A stretch of 60,889 nucleotides of DNA, the filler included, from Squatina squatina (lineage: Eukaryota): NCBI GenBank assembly GCA_031763465.1. It is 3 parts of 3 records of this genome, joined end to end, with 100 filler letters (N's around TTAATTAATTAA, not from the genome) between each part and the next. Parts side by side here need not be neighbours in the genome. Positions count along the whole stretch, not along the records: positions 18,733 to 37,848 come from JARFOE010000222.1; positions 37,949 to 60,889 come from JARFOE010000013.1; 1 more part is not named here. One strand, written 5' to 3'. Of this stretch, positions 36,976-49,789 are shown in pieces. Under the pieces are notes generated by a model. It was not told where the DNA came from. It worked only from the letters and a program-made list of their open reading frames with translations, and did not search any database. The position numbers were made by a program, and so were the translations under genes. Every line of letters begins with the position of its first letter. The first letter of the stretch is position 1.

Positions 36976-37848
36976 TTTCAATTTGATTCGCCTGTAGGTA
37001 CAGATTTTCCAGGTTTTCGTTAACGAGTGGGATGCTCTTCAATTCATTGAACGCAAGATCTAACTCGAGAAGCGAGGTGATGTTGAAGGTTTTTTCAGGG
37101 ATGCCTTCATCTGTTAGTTTATTGTTTGACATGCGTAGGTACTGCAGGAGGTTGGTTTTGCTAAATTGGTTCTCGGAAATGCTGCTGATGCTATTGTGGT
37201 CAATGTAGAACATCACTAGGGCGGGCGGAAGATCCTCAGGAAGTTTTGTTAATTTATTGCCGCTCAAGTCAAGGTATGTGAGAGACTTCAAACCACTCAA
37301 AGCCCCACCAACGTCGTTCAAGTTGTTGTCATGAAGTAGAAGTGTAGTCAAGTTTTCAAGTCCCTTTAAGCTGTTTCCAATCTTTGAGATCCTGTTTACC
37401 GATAGTTTCAGCTCCACCAATGACTTGGGAAGGTTACGAACAACATCAGTCAGATTGTTGGCGTTTATATACAACCTCTGCAGGGTTTTTAGCTTTGAGA
37501 ATGCATTCTTGCCTATATTGTCGTTAGTAATTTGATTGTTATCAAGAACTAGCCATTGGAGACCAGTGGCATTATCAAATGCACCATTTGGAATGCCTGT
37601 GAGCTGGTTGTTCTGGAGGTAAAGATACTTGACCTGTGCTGGCACCAAGGGGATTGCTTTCAGTTTGCGGTTGTTGCAGTACATGGCACTGGGGATGTGC
37701 AAGGGACAGTCACATTCCACAGAACAAACTGGATACGTTGGGGCCGCCAAATGTTCTGGATAATAATAACCAAGGTATACATCGTAGTCAAGCTGACAAA
37801 GTATGCTGCTGACTAGCAAAGCAAATATAGGAAGGTGAACGAGCTTCA
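36976..37848 (-). CDS. LUM: Lumican (class II SLRP) large exon; the A of ATG is lost at the linker
   Basis: (M)KLVHLPIFALLVSSILCQLDYD signal peptide resembles avian lumican; class II cysteine cluster CSVECDCPLHIPSAMYC (CX3CXCX9C); consecutive LRRs; phase-1 donor A|gtaagt; LUM-KERA-EPYC order. Confidence 0.78.
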
Positions 37849-37948
37849 NNNNNNNNNNNNNNNNNNNNNNNNNNNNNNNNNNNNNNNNNNNNTTAATTAA
37901 TTAANNNNNNNNNNNNNNNNNNNNNNNNNNNNNNNNNNNNNNNNNNNN
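37849..37948. other. Artificial scaffold linker N44-TTAATTAATTAA-N44
   Basis: Same structure as 18633-18732. Confidence 0.95.
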
Positions 37949-37959
37949 TAGACCAACAC

Positions 37960-38190
37960 TCTAGTGCAGTCATAACAGAATGATGCACTGTCTGAGGAAC
38001 CCATCTGTATGTTCAAGTTGATATTGAAGATTCCATGACACTAGTTGAACAAGAGTGGGGGAATACTCCTGGTGTCCTGGCCAACAAGTAGATTAACAGG
38101 TAATTCATCTGATTACTTTTTTGTAGGGAAATGATTGTGAAGTATTTTGGGCAATTCTGAGGGTGTGGAATGCACTGTATAAATTTCTTT
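37960..38190 (+). mobile_element. Decayed DeuSINE
   Basis: gaagattccatgacactagttgaacaagagtgggggaatactcctggtgtcctggccaac resembles the Deu domain; ends tataaatttctttct. Confidence 0.55.
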
Positions 38191-40081
38191 CTACACTTTA
38201 TTGTTCTGACAAATGTGCTGAAGTGGTGAAATACAGTTCAAGATTATAATGTTTGACCTCTGTGTTCCGGATGAGGGTGAGAATTTTCCTGTACCCTACA
38301 CACTGGTTTCTATTTTTTGGGTTCCGTTGCACCCTTGACAAACACTGCAAATAAATAAATAAATAAATTGTGACATTTTGCTAAATAGTAAATGCAATAA
38401 TTCTTTCTGGTTGAGATTGATGCTGCTCATTAACTCAGGAGTGCTGCAGCTGCATCGGTGTCATTTATTAAAAATTGCAGGTTTGGTGGTGTTTGAACAT
38501 GTCCCAGTGGAACGACTTGTCTATTTGTTTTACACACCCTGTATTATCTGAGGATTTTAACATTGCTACAACTTACCAATACATATAATCTGCTGGACTG
38601 CTTTTGATTATCGGATTTTCTTATTTGTATGCGAGGATCTTTGTATGCTTCATTTTTGCCAGAACTCCCTGGATTATGAGATTGAGCAGTTAGTCTGTTT
38701 GCAGGGCAGCCAAGGAATTCTATTGTTGAGAGGTCTCCTTCCAACCTAAGGGAGATTTTGAAAGTGGGGTCTCCAAGTGCTGAAAGCAGATTTACTAGGG
38801 GTTCAGAAGCTTTGAGTTATCACAGACAATTTATTTGGTTTGATACAAAATGTAAATTAACTGAAGCTGTTATACCAAATGCTTTTGACATTTGATTGTT
38901 TTTGACCATGGGGCATGCGGCCCTGCAGAAACACTTAAAACACAAGCTCTTGTTTAGTCTTTGGGTGTAGGTCGAAGAGTTAGAAGTCACATGATCGTTC
39001 AGTCATCCATCGACTTGAAGGATGACAAGTGAGTAAAGATTAAAAACAGGAGTTGTTCAAGGTTCCAGCATTTCCGGAGCATTAGATCTGTAGAGTGAAC
39101 AGTTTGATGAAGTATTGCTTACAAACTTGGCGATCCATCCAGAGGAAGAAAGGAAATAAACCAGCACATAAATCACCACTTATCTCCTCCTCGTTATTTA
39201 AATGTACCAATCCCCAGGTTTACATTAAGAGTTTTTTTGGAAGGTTGGGGGAAGGAAGGGTGGGGCAGACTTTTGAAGTGCAAATAGACTCTTGAAGGAT
39301 AAAACCTTTCAGACACACATTTTGAAGGATTTCTTTATTTTAATGACTGAATGTGATTGAGCTCAGGGTTTGTCTTTTGTTTTTGCTTCACTAGGCAGTA
39401 AGGACTAGCTATGGGGGAGTGCATTCTCTGTGTATGTGCTGAATCCATTGTGTCTGAAGCAGTTCAGTTACATCTGGTCACTTCCACAGCTTTGAGCCTG
39501 TGTTGTTGTATTTTAGCGACTAGCTCTCTCAAGTATGGATTATTCCAGGGTTTTTGCATTTCTGCCTTTTTGCTTTTGTTTACCAGTCCTGTTTTTAGTG
39601 TAGCCTTCCAGCAAACCAGCAAAACAAGACTATACTATGACTCAGTCTGAAACAGAATCAGCTGTCTGACAGCTAAATCACGCTGCAAGATGCTTTCCTG
39701 TTTGAACCAGTGGCACTGACAGCCGTTTTGTCCTCTCAGTGTGATTCCTAGAGCATAACTGCTGTACTTATCCTCCCCTTGCTGTATACTCTCCAAATTT
39801 GTCATGGACAGCTAGCCGTGTAGAAAATATACAGGCTTTGTTTGAAATCTTCAGTCTATTTCAATTGGCCTGGAAATGTATGCTCAAAACAGTAGACAAT
39901 CTAGTTCCAGTTTTTTAAATTATGTAATTAGGAAAGTTATCAGGTTAAATGTAACATCTATGTTGAAGCAGTAGTAATTTTCTAAGAATAAAAAAAATGC
40001 AAGTTTCTGCACATGTTCACTGAGCAGGCCCGCATATGGAATTCAGCGTGAATTCATCTTTTTATCAATTACGGCCTGTAT

Positions 40082-40446
40082 AAAGAAAGAAACTAAAGAA
40101 CTTGCATTTATATAGTGACTTCCACGGCCGTAGGGTGTCCCGGAACGCATTACAGCTAATGAAGTACCTTTGAAGTATAGTCACTGTTGTAATGTAGGGA
40201 AATACCGCAACTAATTTGCACACAACAAGGTCCCACAAACAGCAGTGAAATAAAGGATCAGATAATCTGTTTTAGTGAAGTTGGTTGAGGGGTAAATATT
40301 GGCCAGGACACCAGGAGAACTCCCTTGCTCTTCTTTGAACAGTGACGTGGGATCTTTTACATCCACCTGAGAGGGCAGCTGGGGCCTTATCTGAAAGACA
40401 GCACCTCTGACAGTGCAGCTCTCCCTCAGTATTGCATTAAAATGCA
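40082..40446 (-). mobile_element. DeuSINE (SacSINE1-like), lacking the tRNA head
   Basis: Tail aaagaaagaa, gtcactgttgtaatgtagg, ggccaggacaccaggagaactccc, gggatcttttacatccacctgagagggcag, cacctctgacagtgcagctctccctcagtattgc. Confidence 0.88.
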
Positions 40447-42144
40447 CTATTATTTATTATTTATAAATCCTCTCAATTGAGCCAGGTTGTGTCACCTTCA
40501 CAGTTACATTTTAGACAAGGCTACCTGAGAAGGGAATTTAAAAACCTAAGCTGATAGCCTTGAAAGTTTTTTTAAAAATGATCTGATTGGCAATACTATG
40601 GGTATGATTTTACTTCCTTAACTTCCATAACGTTAATAAGATATTAAATGTTATCATTCTGTGAATTTATTTGAACACTTGTGGTACATCAGGGTAAAGT
40701 TTTACATTTCACAGCTACTTTAACCCCATTTATTGCAGTAGGTGGGGTATTAGTGTGCAAATTAGGTATAAGTAGGAGATGTCACTTCATCTACTGTGAT
40801 ACTTATACACAAATGGCAACTTTTCTACTTTTGCTGTGTTAGGGCTACTCAGTGTAAATACAACATTGATGCAAATCATTGATTTTGACTTGTCTTCTGG
40901 CTGCCTTTCATAAATCGAAGAAACAACTCCATTTATAATGATTTCAATGAATAGGAGGAGTAGGACGAGAAAAGAAGCACTGTACTTCATATAAGTTTCA
41001 TGGGGTTTTAGAATATATTTCTCAAAATCTTGCTGTATTTCTGTTGCTAGGAGGATAGCAGTTCATTGAGTTATTTTATTATTTTTNNNNNNNNNNNNNN
41101 NNNNNNNNNNNNNNNNNNNNNNNNNNNNNNNNNNNNNNNNNNNNNNNNNNNNNNNNNNNNNNNNNNNNNNNNNNNNNNNNNNNNNNGAAGCAAGCTGTGG
41201 AATTTGCATGAACACCATGAATAGGTCAGTTCACTATGGGCCCCTTAACATTAACGTTTGCACATGTTTGAACGCTCCAAATCTAAAATGGCTAATTGGG
41301 GGCTTGAAGGAAAATTTTCAAAGAGTCCCATTTCCAGACCTAAATTTGGTGCTTAGCGCTAGAAACTTCAAAAACCCGAATTGGCCGCCCTAAATCAAAT
41401 GTCAGTTTGTGGAATTTTTATATACAATTCAGTTGTCTGGGCAAAGTTACCCCAAAATTCCTTGGTACGGGGTGGGTGGGAAAGCTGTTTGCTACCCAGG
41501 GGGGGCCAGCAATTTGGTGTGGATCCTGCCCCAACCAAATTTCTCATTTAACTTCTAGTAGGGATGGAGGGCTTGTGTGCAGATCTTTCTCCTGTCCACC
41601 ATGTCAATATATGGAGGTTCCCTGGCTACCCAGAGAAATCCCACCCGTATAAACACTCAGGTTAATCACATCAGCTCAGAGAGGCATGAGTTCCCTGGAC
41701 AGCCTTCTGAAGGCTCCAAGCCTTTGCTCGGCCAGCTATATCCTAGGCCATTTGAAGAAGACAGAAATACAGACTTTAGGGGCTGAGCATTTAAAGGAAA
41801 GATGATTTCTGTGAACAAGCAATCACAGAATGTATTGTACTGTCTATCAAAACATTTTGGATACTTCGGTAAAGTTCACTATGCACGTGTGGGGTTCTCC
41901 TGCATGGTGTCAACCATGGTGTGTGTAATATTTTGATGGATGAAGACAAAGATGTTATTCTGACCCACTAAATGTTAGATGAAGTAGAAGCAACATGTAT
42001 TTTGAGGGCTCATCACTTTGTCAACCACAAATAATTACCTGGATGAAGCGCTCCAACCAATAGGACTGGTTTCAAATGAGTGTTGTAATGTTAAAGCTGT
42101 ACTTACACGTCAGATGTCTACCAATTAACAATGTAATTCAAATT

Positions 42145-42428
42145 CATAGAAATCATAGAAATTTACAGCCATTTGGCCCATCGTGTCTGTGCCCTCTGAA
42201 AAATAGGTATCCAGCGTAAACCCACTTTCAATGCTCTTGGTCTGTAGCCCTGTGGGCTACGGCACTTCAAATGCATATCCAAGTACTTAATAAATGCAAT
42301 GAGGATTTCTGCCTCTACCATCCTTTCAGATAGTTCATTTCAGACCCCCACCATCCTCTGGATGAAAAAGTTCTCCTCAACTCCCCTCTAATCACTCTAC
42401 TTTAAATCTATGCCCCTGGTTATTGACC
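42145..42428 (-). mobile_element. CR1 LINE 3' end
   Basis: catagaaatcatagaaatttacagc tail; closely similar to 43697-44098 and to the reverse complement of 12694-12942. Confidence 0.8.
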
Positions 42429-43696
42429 AGGTTATTCTGGCACCACAGTACATCAAGACAACTTGAGAGCAAAATAACTCTAAGGAGTGATACGTATTGA
42501 ATATATTATTTTGCAATCTACTTGGGACAAGTTGAACCCCTTTATTTGATCTTAAAAATTGAATTGTTCAATAATTTGCATTAAACAATGCACATAACAG
42601 ATCAAAGTGGGCATGTGGTGCTCAATAAGTGGAGTTTTCAGATGGTATGAATGAAGCAACCGAATTAAGAGCTGTTGACTGTATACGTAACAAAGTACCA
42701 GACTATAAGCAGTGAGCGTTCTCCATGCTGTGAAATGAACAGATTGAAGAGGATCACTCCTTGCACAAGGTCCAAAAACTGCTCTTCAAAACGAACATTT
42801 ACAGAGTTCCATTAAATACTGTTCTGGTAAAGTGATGAAATAACTGAAGACCAAGAGAGAAATTCTAAGAATGAATACCGCTCAGCGATGGTAAAAGGAG
42901 CAGCTCTATAGCCAAGTACCTGTTGGGAGGCTGGTTTCCAGGTTTTAGTTTTTCCTCAGCTCAGATCAAAAAGAAAACTTGGGGGTAACTTTAACCTTCG
43001 GTGATGGTGGAAAACAGGAAATATCAGATTGGTTACCCTTTCCACACCCCACCTGATCTTAGCTTTTTATTGAGTTCAATGGAAAGGAAAATTGAGCGGG
43101 CTGTATAACCCAGCTGCTCTGATAGAGGAACTTCAAGTCCCTTCCCGTGCTGACGAAGAATTGCTGGCAGGTTTATGTTTGCTGCAAAAAGAGTAATTTG
43201 CAGGCATTTTTAAAGGGAATTGATCCCCCTCCCACAGGAGCGTATGCAGCCTTTCAAGCTGGCGTGAGCCTCTCCGAAGCCTTTTCAGCGNNNNNNNNNN
43301 NNNNNNNNNNNNNNNNNNNNNNNNNNNNNNNNNNNNNNNNNNNNNNNNNNNNNNNNNNNNNNNNNNNNNNNNNNNNNNNNNNNNNNNNNNTTTGAAGTGC
43401 TATTTTCTAAAAATCAATGGTTACATGGAGAATTGCTAATCCTTCTTTATGGAGCTGGGCCCTCCATCCCACTCTGGCCACGTGTGAGAGGGCAAATGGC
43501 TATGATGTCCATATCAGCCTAGATGAATAGCAATAGAACAAAGCCAGAAGGTGTATGGAGCTAGCTGGAGCATTCAGTAGGCTGCTTTTAAAATGCGACC
43601 ATGGAACTTGGCGACTCAAAGTGAATTTGGAAAGAACTGCTTTTTAAGAAGTGTAATGAAAATAATTTATGCACATTCTAGACTTCCCTTCTCTCA

Positions 43697-44098
43697 TGGA
43701 ATCATAGAAATTTACAGCACGGAAGGCTATTTGGCTCATTGTGTCTGTGCTGGGCAACAAAGAGCTATCCAGCCTAATTCCACTTTCCGGCTCTTGGTCC
43801 GTAACCTTGTAGGTCACGGCACTTCAGGTGCATATCCAAGTACATTTTAAATGCATTGAAGGTTTCTGCCTCTACCAACCTTTCAAACAGTGAGTTCCAG
43901 ACCCCCACCCCACTCTGGGTGAAAAAAGTTCTCCTCAACTCCCCTCTAATCCTTCTACCCATTACTTTAAATCTATGCCCTGGTTATTGACTTCACTGCT
44001 AAGGGGAATAGGTCCTTCCTATCCATTCTATCTCGGCCCCTCATAATTTTATACACCTCAATCAAGTCTCCCCTCAGCCTCTTCTTTATCCAAAGAAA
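43697..44098 (-). mobile_element. CR1 LINE 3' end
   Basis: Minus-strand peptide GRRIRGELRRTFFTQSGVGVWNSLFERLVEAETFNAFKMYLD (CR1 ORF2 C-terminus) plus tail. Confidence 0.85.
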
Positions 44099-45039
44099 AT
44101 TTATGACTTTGTTTCAGCTTGCGGTAGCATNNNNNNNNNNNNNNNNNNNNNNNNNNNNNNNNNNNNNNNNNNNNNNNNNNNNNNNNNNNNNNNNNNNNNN
44201 NNNNNNNNNNNNNNNNNNNNNNNNNNNNNNGGGGAAACATTTCAGTGCATTCTGTTTAATTCCGCTCTGTGCAGACCACTCTGCTCTGCAGAACTGTTTA
44301 CTTTTATACTGTAGAAGCCTCACCCAAGTTACAAGTTTACATCCTCTGCCCCACCATCGGTGGCTGCCCAGTTCCCTCCACCTTGCCACCATCCTCCCTG
44401 CATTGAAAACCATTCTTGTCAGCTGTGTCTTTGGTCCCACATCCTAATCATTTCCAATTTTCTCTTTCCCCTTGTGCTTGGCATCCTCAGTTTTTGTAAA
44501 ACGTTTTGAGGCAACTTCCTGCATGTGAAGAATACTTTCCAAATGCAACTTGTATGTTTATGAAGTTGGTATTACAAGAAACAATTAAAAGGTTTATATT
44601 GTGAAATTTACTGGCCATCAATCTGTTACTGATTAGGCTGGCAGCGTCTAATTCAGTGTTAATGTGTAAACTAACTGTGACTTTGACATAGGGCCTTTAA
44701 CTCGGATAGTGACAGTAATGAAATTTGTGTTGAATGGAACTAACAGTGGTAACTTATTAATTGTATAAATGTTACTTAGTTAAACCCCTCTGAGTCCTGT
44801 GAGCCAGTTCTGCCCAATACACCATAATCATTCTGGTAGCGTATGAAATGGTGAGTATGTTTATGTTTGATTTTAATAAATAGTACTAGTGCTTTTCACA
44901 AACCATCACTTGGATTGAAAACTTCTGTTTATTCTGTTTTTACGAGCTTGGCATCTTTTCACAGAAAATGAGGGAGTTCTCTTAAACACACCCATAACTG
45001 GAAATGTCAGTACTCCAAGGAATTTTTCTCCTCATTTTT

Positions 45040-46100
45040 GCCTTCTCTCGAGTTTCTTTTATCCCCATGTTGTTTTCTGTCCAGTCCCTTTTTTACTTTG
45101 CATTGCCTTCTCTCCCGCCCCGTTTATCCTCGGTGATATCTTCTCTCCAGTCCCTTTTATCCTCATTGCAGTCTTCTCTCCACTCCCTGTTATCCTCTGT
45201 AGTGTCTTCTCTCCAGTAGCTTTTATCCTCAGTTTTGTCTTCTCTCCAGTCCCTTTTATGCTTCGTTTTCTCTTCTCTCCAGTCCATTTTATTCTCAATC
45301 TTTTTTTCTCTCCAGTTCCGTTAATCCTCGGTGTTGTCTTCTCCCCAGTCGAGTTTATCCTCACTGTATTCGCTCCATTCCCTTTTATCCTCAGTTTTGT
45401 CTCCTCTCCAGTCCCTTTTATCCTCGGTGTTGTCTTCTCTCCAGTCCCTTTTAGCCTCAGAGTTGTCTTCTCTCCAGTCCCTTTTATCCTCGGTGTTCTC
45501 TTCTCTCCATTCCCTTTTATCCTCAGTGTTGTCTTCTCTCCAGTCCCTTTTATCCTCGGTGTTCTCTTCTCTCCATTCCTTTTTATCCCGGTGTTGTCTT
45601 CTCTCCAGCACCTATTATCCTCAGTGTTGTGTTCTCTCATGTTCCTTTTATCCTCACTCTTGTCTTGTCTCCTGTCTCTCTTACTCTCTGTGTTGTCTTC
45701 ACTACATTTCCTTTTATCCTCAGCGTTTTCTTCTCTCCAATCCCTTTTATCCTCGGTATTCTCTTCTTTCCGGTCCCTATTACTCTCAGTTTTCTCTTTC
45801 CTCCAGTCCCTTTTACTCTCCATGTTATCTTCTCTCCAGTCCCTTTTATCCTCAGGGTTGTCTTCACTCCAGTGCCTTTTATCCTCCCTGTTGTATTTTC
45901 TCCATTCTCTGTTATCCTCAGTGCTTTCTTCTCTCCATTCCATTTTTCCTGGTCTTGTCTTCTATCCAGCTCATTTTATCCACAGGGTTGTTTTCTCTCA
46001 TTTTCCTTTTCTCCCCGTGTTTTCTTTTCTGCTACGACCTCTCTCTTTTGTTACCGGTGCAGTCTGTTCCTCTGACCCTCTCTATCCCTGGTTTCTTCTC
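45040..46100. repeat. 33-bp pyrimidine-rich minisatellite, consensus TTTTATCCTCAGTGTTGTCTTCTCTCCAGTCCC, about 30 degenerate units
   Basis: Visible tandem array giving 11-residue periodic ORFs (REDNTEDKRDW, SSVLSSLQSLL). Confidence 0.9.
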
Positions 46101-46569
46101 GCATAACTCATTTTTTCCATGGCGTCTTCTTTTCTCCTGCTGCCTTTAAGATTTATGTTGACTTCTCTCGTACTTTTTGTTTTCTCTGTGAGTCGTTTTC
46201 TCTTCTGCTCAATTTTAATGAGAATGCCTTCCTCATTATCTCTGCCACTTCCTTTTTATATTTGGTGTTTTCTTTCCTGATCTCTTTAATCATTGGTTTG
46301 GACTGCTCTCCAGATCAGCTTTATCCGAGCTATTTCCTGCTTTACGGATCATCAGAGATTGGAATACACTCCAGAAACGTGACCTGAAGTTTCACACCTA
46401 AATAATCAATGTTTAGTTGAGGCACTGCATTTTGCATGTCCTGCACCTTCAGGAGAGGAGAGCAGAACAATAGTGGCAAAGTTCAACATGGAATGGCCAT
46501 GAATTAAGCTGCGTCTTCCCCTTTGACTCTGGCTGGTTATTTTACTGTTTTCTTCACTATTTCTCACAG

Positions 46570-47471
46570 TTAACTTGCTGGCGATTGCGATCCTGTCCCG
46601 GGGAAAGTGCGGACTCTCCAAGTGCATCACTCGCTACCTGGTGGCCATGGCGACGGCGGATCTCATGGTGATTGTCTGTAATGTGATATTATATCGGATG
46701 GCTGAGATTTATTGGTGGGGTTCGTTCCTGCTTTGCACTCCCGTGTGTAGATTCATTCTCTTCCTGTCTTCGACTGCCATAGACTGTTCTGTCTGGTTAA
46801 CCGTCACTTTCACCTTTGATCGGTTTGTTGCTATTTGCTGTCAGAAGCTGAAAACAAAATATTGCACCAAGCAAATCGCTACTGCGATTATCATCACCGT
46901 GAGCCTGCTGTTCTGTTTAAAGAACATTCCCTGGCCCTTCGCATATGTTCCTTATTTTACAGCTTATAATATACCTCGGCGTTGCCGTTTATCAGTGCAA
47001 TTTTACATTTTACCGCCATGGATAGCATTTTCGTGGTTTGAACCGCTGTTAACCCCGTTGCTTGCATTCTGTTCAGTTTTGTTGTTTAACACGCTCACCG
47101 TCAGACGCATTTTGCTTTCGAGTCGGGCCAGAAGGAGCTTCCGAGTCCATGGCAATGGTGAGAAAGCAGAGGATCAGGAGCTGCAGAACCGCAGAAGGTC
47201 CATTGTTTTACTGTTTGCAATATCCAGCAGTTTTGTCCTGCTCTGGATGACAACGGTCGTGTATTTCATATATTATCGAATTTTAGGGGGCTTTAATCAC
47301 AGATCTTACTTTAACACTCATGCAACTTTACAAGAAGCTGCGATTATGCTCCAGCTCCTGAGCTCCTGCACGAACACGGCCATTTACACAGTGACCCAGA
47401 GACAGTTCAGAGAGGAGCTGCTCAATGCGCTCAAATATCCCTTCACTCTCATAGGTAAATGGGTAAAATGA
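46570..47471 (+). CDS. GPR139/GPR142-like class A GPCR, second (main) coding exon; first exon not seen
   Basis: Acceptor ttctcacag|TT AAC (phase 1); NLLAIAIL (end of TM1), YLVAMATADL (TM2), SVWLTVTFTFDRFVAICC (TM3), NRRRSIVLLFAIS (TM6), LLSSCTNTAIY (TM7), QFREEL helix 8, TGA at 47469-47471; open frame. Confidence 0.88.
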
Positions 47472-47964
47472 ATAAAAATGTTGAAGGGACGCCAGAAGTG
47501 CCTCACCCCCAATACCACATCTCAATTACCACCCAAATGTAATAAAGGGCCTCAGCAACGGGGCTAACTGCTTTTCCCTTCAGCTGTTTTCTTATTCCAT
47601 TTAGAGCAGAATCAAATTAAACATCACCCACCAAAAACTGAACTAAAGCAAAAGCCAGTTCTATCATCAAAACCTGTTCCTTTATTCATCTCACTTTACA
47701 AACTGGTCATCAGAGAAAATGACTCAACTGGAATTGTCCCGATGGAAGGAGTGTGAATGTAGGTTGGGTATCCACCTGCACCGGATCGGACTAATAATCA
47801 AACAGCATCTGTGGGTCAATTCTCACATATTACTTTTTTCCTGAGATGCTAAAAGAACTCCTGTAGTTCTGTGTTCACCTGTCCCAGTATATGTTTCCTT
47901 ATATTAAATGGAAGGAAAAAGTTCAACAGCCAGCAGGCATAAAGGAAATGCTTTGAATTATTGA

Positions 47965-49780
47965 AACATAGAATCATAGAAATTTACAGCACAGCAGGAG
48001 GCCATTCGGCTGATCATGTTCATGCCAGCCGATAGAGAATGATCAAGCATGATCCCACTTCCCAGCACTTTGTCTGTAAACTTGCAGGTTCCAGAATGTC
48101 AAGTGCTGATCCAAGCACCCTTTAAATACTATGATTGTTTATGTCGCTAGCACACTGTTGGGCATTGAATTCCACACTCCTCCCAACGTCTGGGTGAAAA
48201 AACATCTCCTCAAAATCCCTGTACCCCTGCAACTAAGTACTTTAAATCAATGCCCCCTGGATATTGACCCCTCTGCTCATGGATATATATTCTTCCACCC
48301 TTCTCTATCAAAAGCCCTCATAATGTTCTACACTTCAAATAGTTCCCCCACCACCCCGCCAAATGCCTACGCTGTTCCGCAAACTTAACTCATAGTTAAA
48401 ATTGCCCAGTCCACGCAACACACACATAATCTCATTTTTACCATCTCAAGTGGAATCAAATCTGTCCTGTAATGTGGTGATCGGAACTGCACACAGTTCT
48501 CCAGCTGTGGCCCGACTAATGCTCTGTACAGTTGAAGAATAACATCCCTACACTTATATTCTATGCCTTGGCTAATAAAGGCAAGTATCCTGTATGCATT
48601 CTTAACCACGTTATCTACTTTTCCCGTTGCGTTCAGGGATCTGTGGACATGCATCCAAAGTCCCTCTTTTCCTCTGAACTTCTCCGTGTCCTTCCATTGA
48701 TTTCTTATTCCGTTGCTGTTTTAACCATCCACAAAGGCATTACTTCACATGTCTCCGGATTGAATTCCAATTGTCAGTACTCTACCCAGTTGACCAGTGA
48801 ATTGACATCTTCCTGCCGTCTACAGCTCTTTTCTTCCTTATCAACCACATTTTTGTGCCCTCCGGAAACGTCTTAATCACACCACCTAAATTTGAGTCGA
48901 AATCATTTATGTTTAGCACAAAATTCAAGGGACCTGTTACTGAGCCCTGCGGAACCCCGCTGGAATTTGTCTTCCACTCACAAAAACACCCCTCGACCAT
49001 CAGTATTTGCTACCTGGCTCTGACACGATATTGGATCCAACTTGCCAATCTCCTTTGGCTTAAACTTTCATGACGTGTCTTCCATTTGGGATCTTACCGA
49101 AAGCCTTGCTAATATCCATAGACACTACATCAAATGCATGACCTCATCGAACCTCCTTGCTACCTCCTCAAAGCGTTCAGTCAATTTAGTCATACACGAT
49201 TTCCTTAACAAATTCGTGTTGACTGTCCTTGACTATTCCACGTCTCTGAAAAGGAGGTTTTTCCCTGCAACCCAGAATTTGTTCAGTAATTTTCCAACAA
49301 CCGAGATTATGCAGTCAATCCTCTAATCACTCGGTCTATCCCTTTCTCCCTTTGTAAACGATGATAGAATGTTAGCAGCAATCCAGTTCTCAGGCACAGC
49401 GTTGACAACCGTGAGGATTGGAAAAATGTTGTCAGAGCCTGTGTCGTTTCCTCTCTTGCTTCTCACAACAGCATAAGATATATTTGATCCGTGACTGGGT
49501 TTTTATCAACCGTCAAATATGCTGAACCCCTTAATACTACCTCGCTAACTAATGTTATTAATCTAATAAAACCCACTCATCCTCCATGACTGCAATGCCT
49601 GCATCATCCCTCTCTGTTGTGAAAACATACTCAAAGTATTCAGTGAAAACCACTCTTAAGTCCTCCTCCTCCACATACACTTTACATTTATGGTCTCCAA
49701 CATGTTCGAATCTTTCTCTGCATGTCATCTTGCTCAATACATTTATTAAACATCTTTGGATTTTGCTTGATTGTACTTGA
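47965..49780 (-). mobile_element. Decayed CR1 LINE, about 1.8 kb of 3' ORF2
   Basis: Tail aacatagaatcatagaaatttacag; minus-strand peptides SGVPQGSVTGP, LYRALVGPQLENCVQFRSP, EYFEYVFTTE; many stops. Confidence 0.85.
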
Positions 49781-49789
49781 CAGTATTTG

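Noticed and set aside
34920-37848. FMOD-PRELP-OPTC as the identity of the SLRP cluster
   Set aside because: The middle gene matches KERA-specific SSILDLQLSHNQLT and LDHNxIK, the signal peptides fit LUM and EPYC, and the long Tyr-rich FMOD N-terminus is absent
45004-46149. 270-294 aa charged or Leu/Ser-rich ORFs
   Set aside because: Translations of the 33-bp array in multiple frames on both strands
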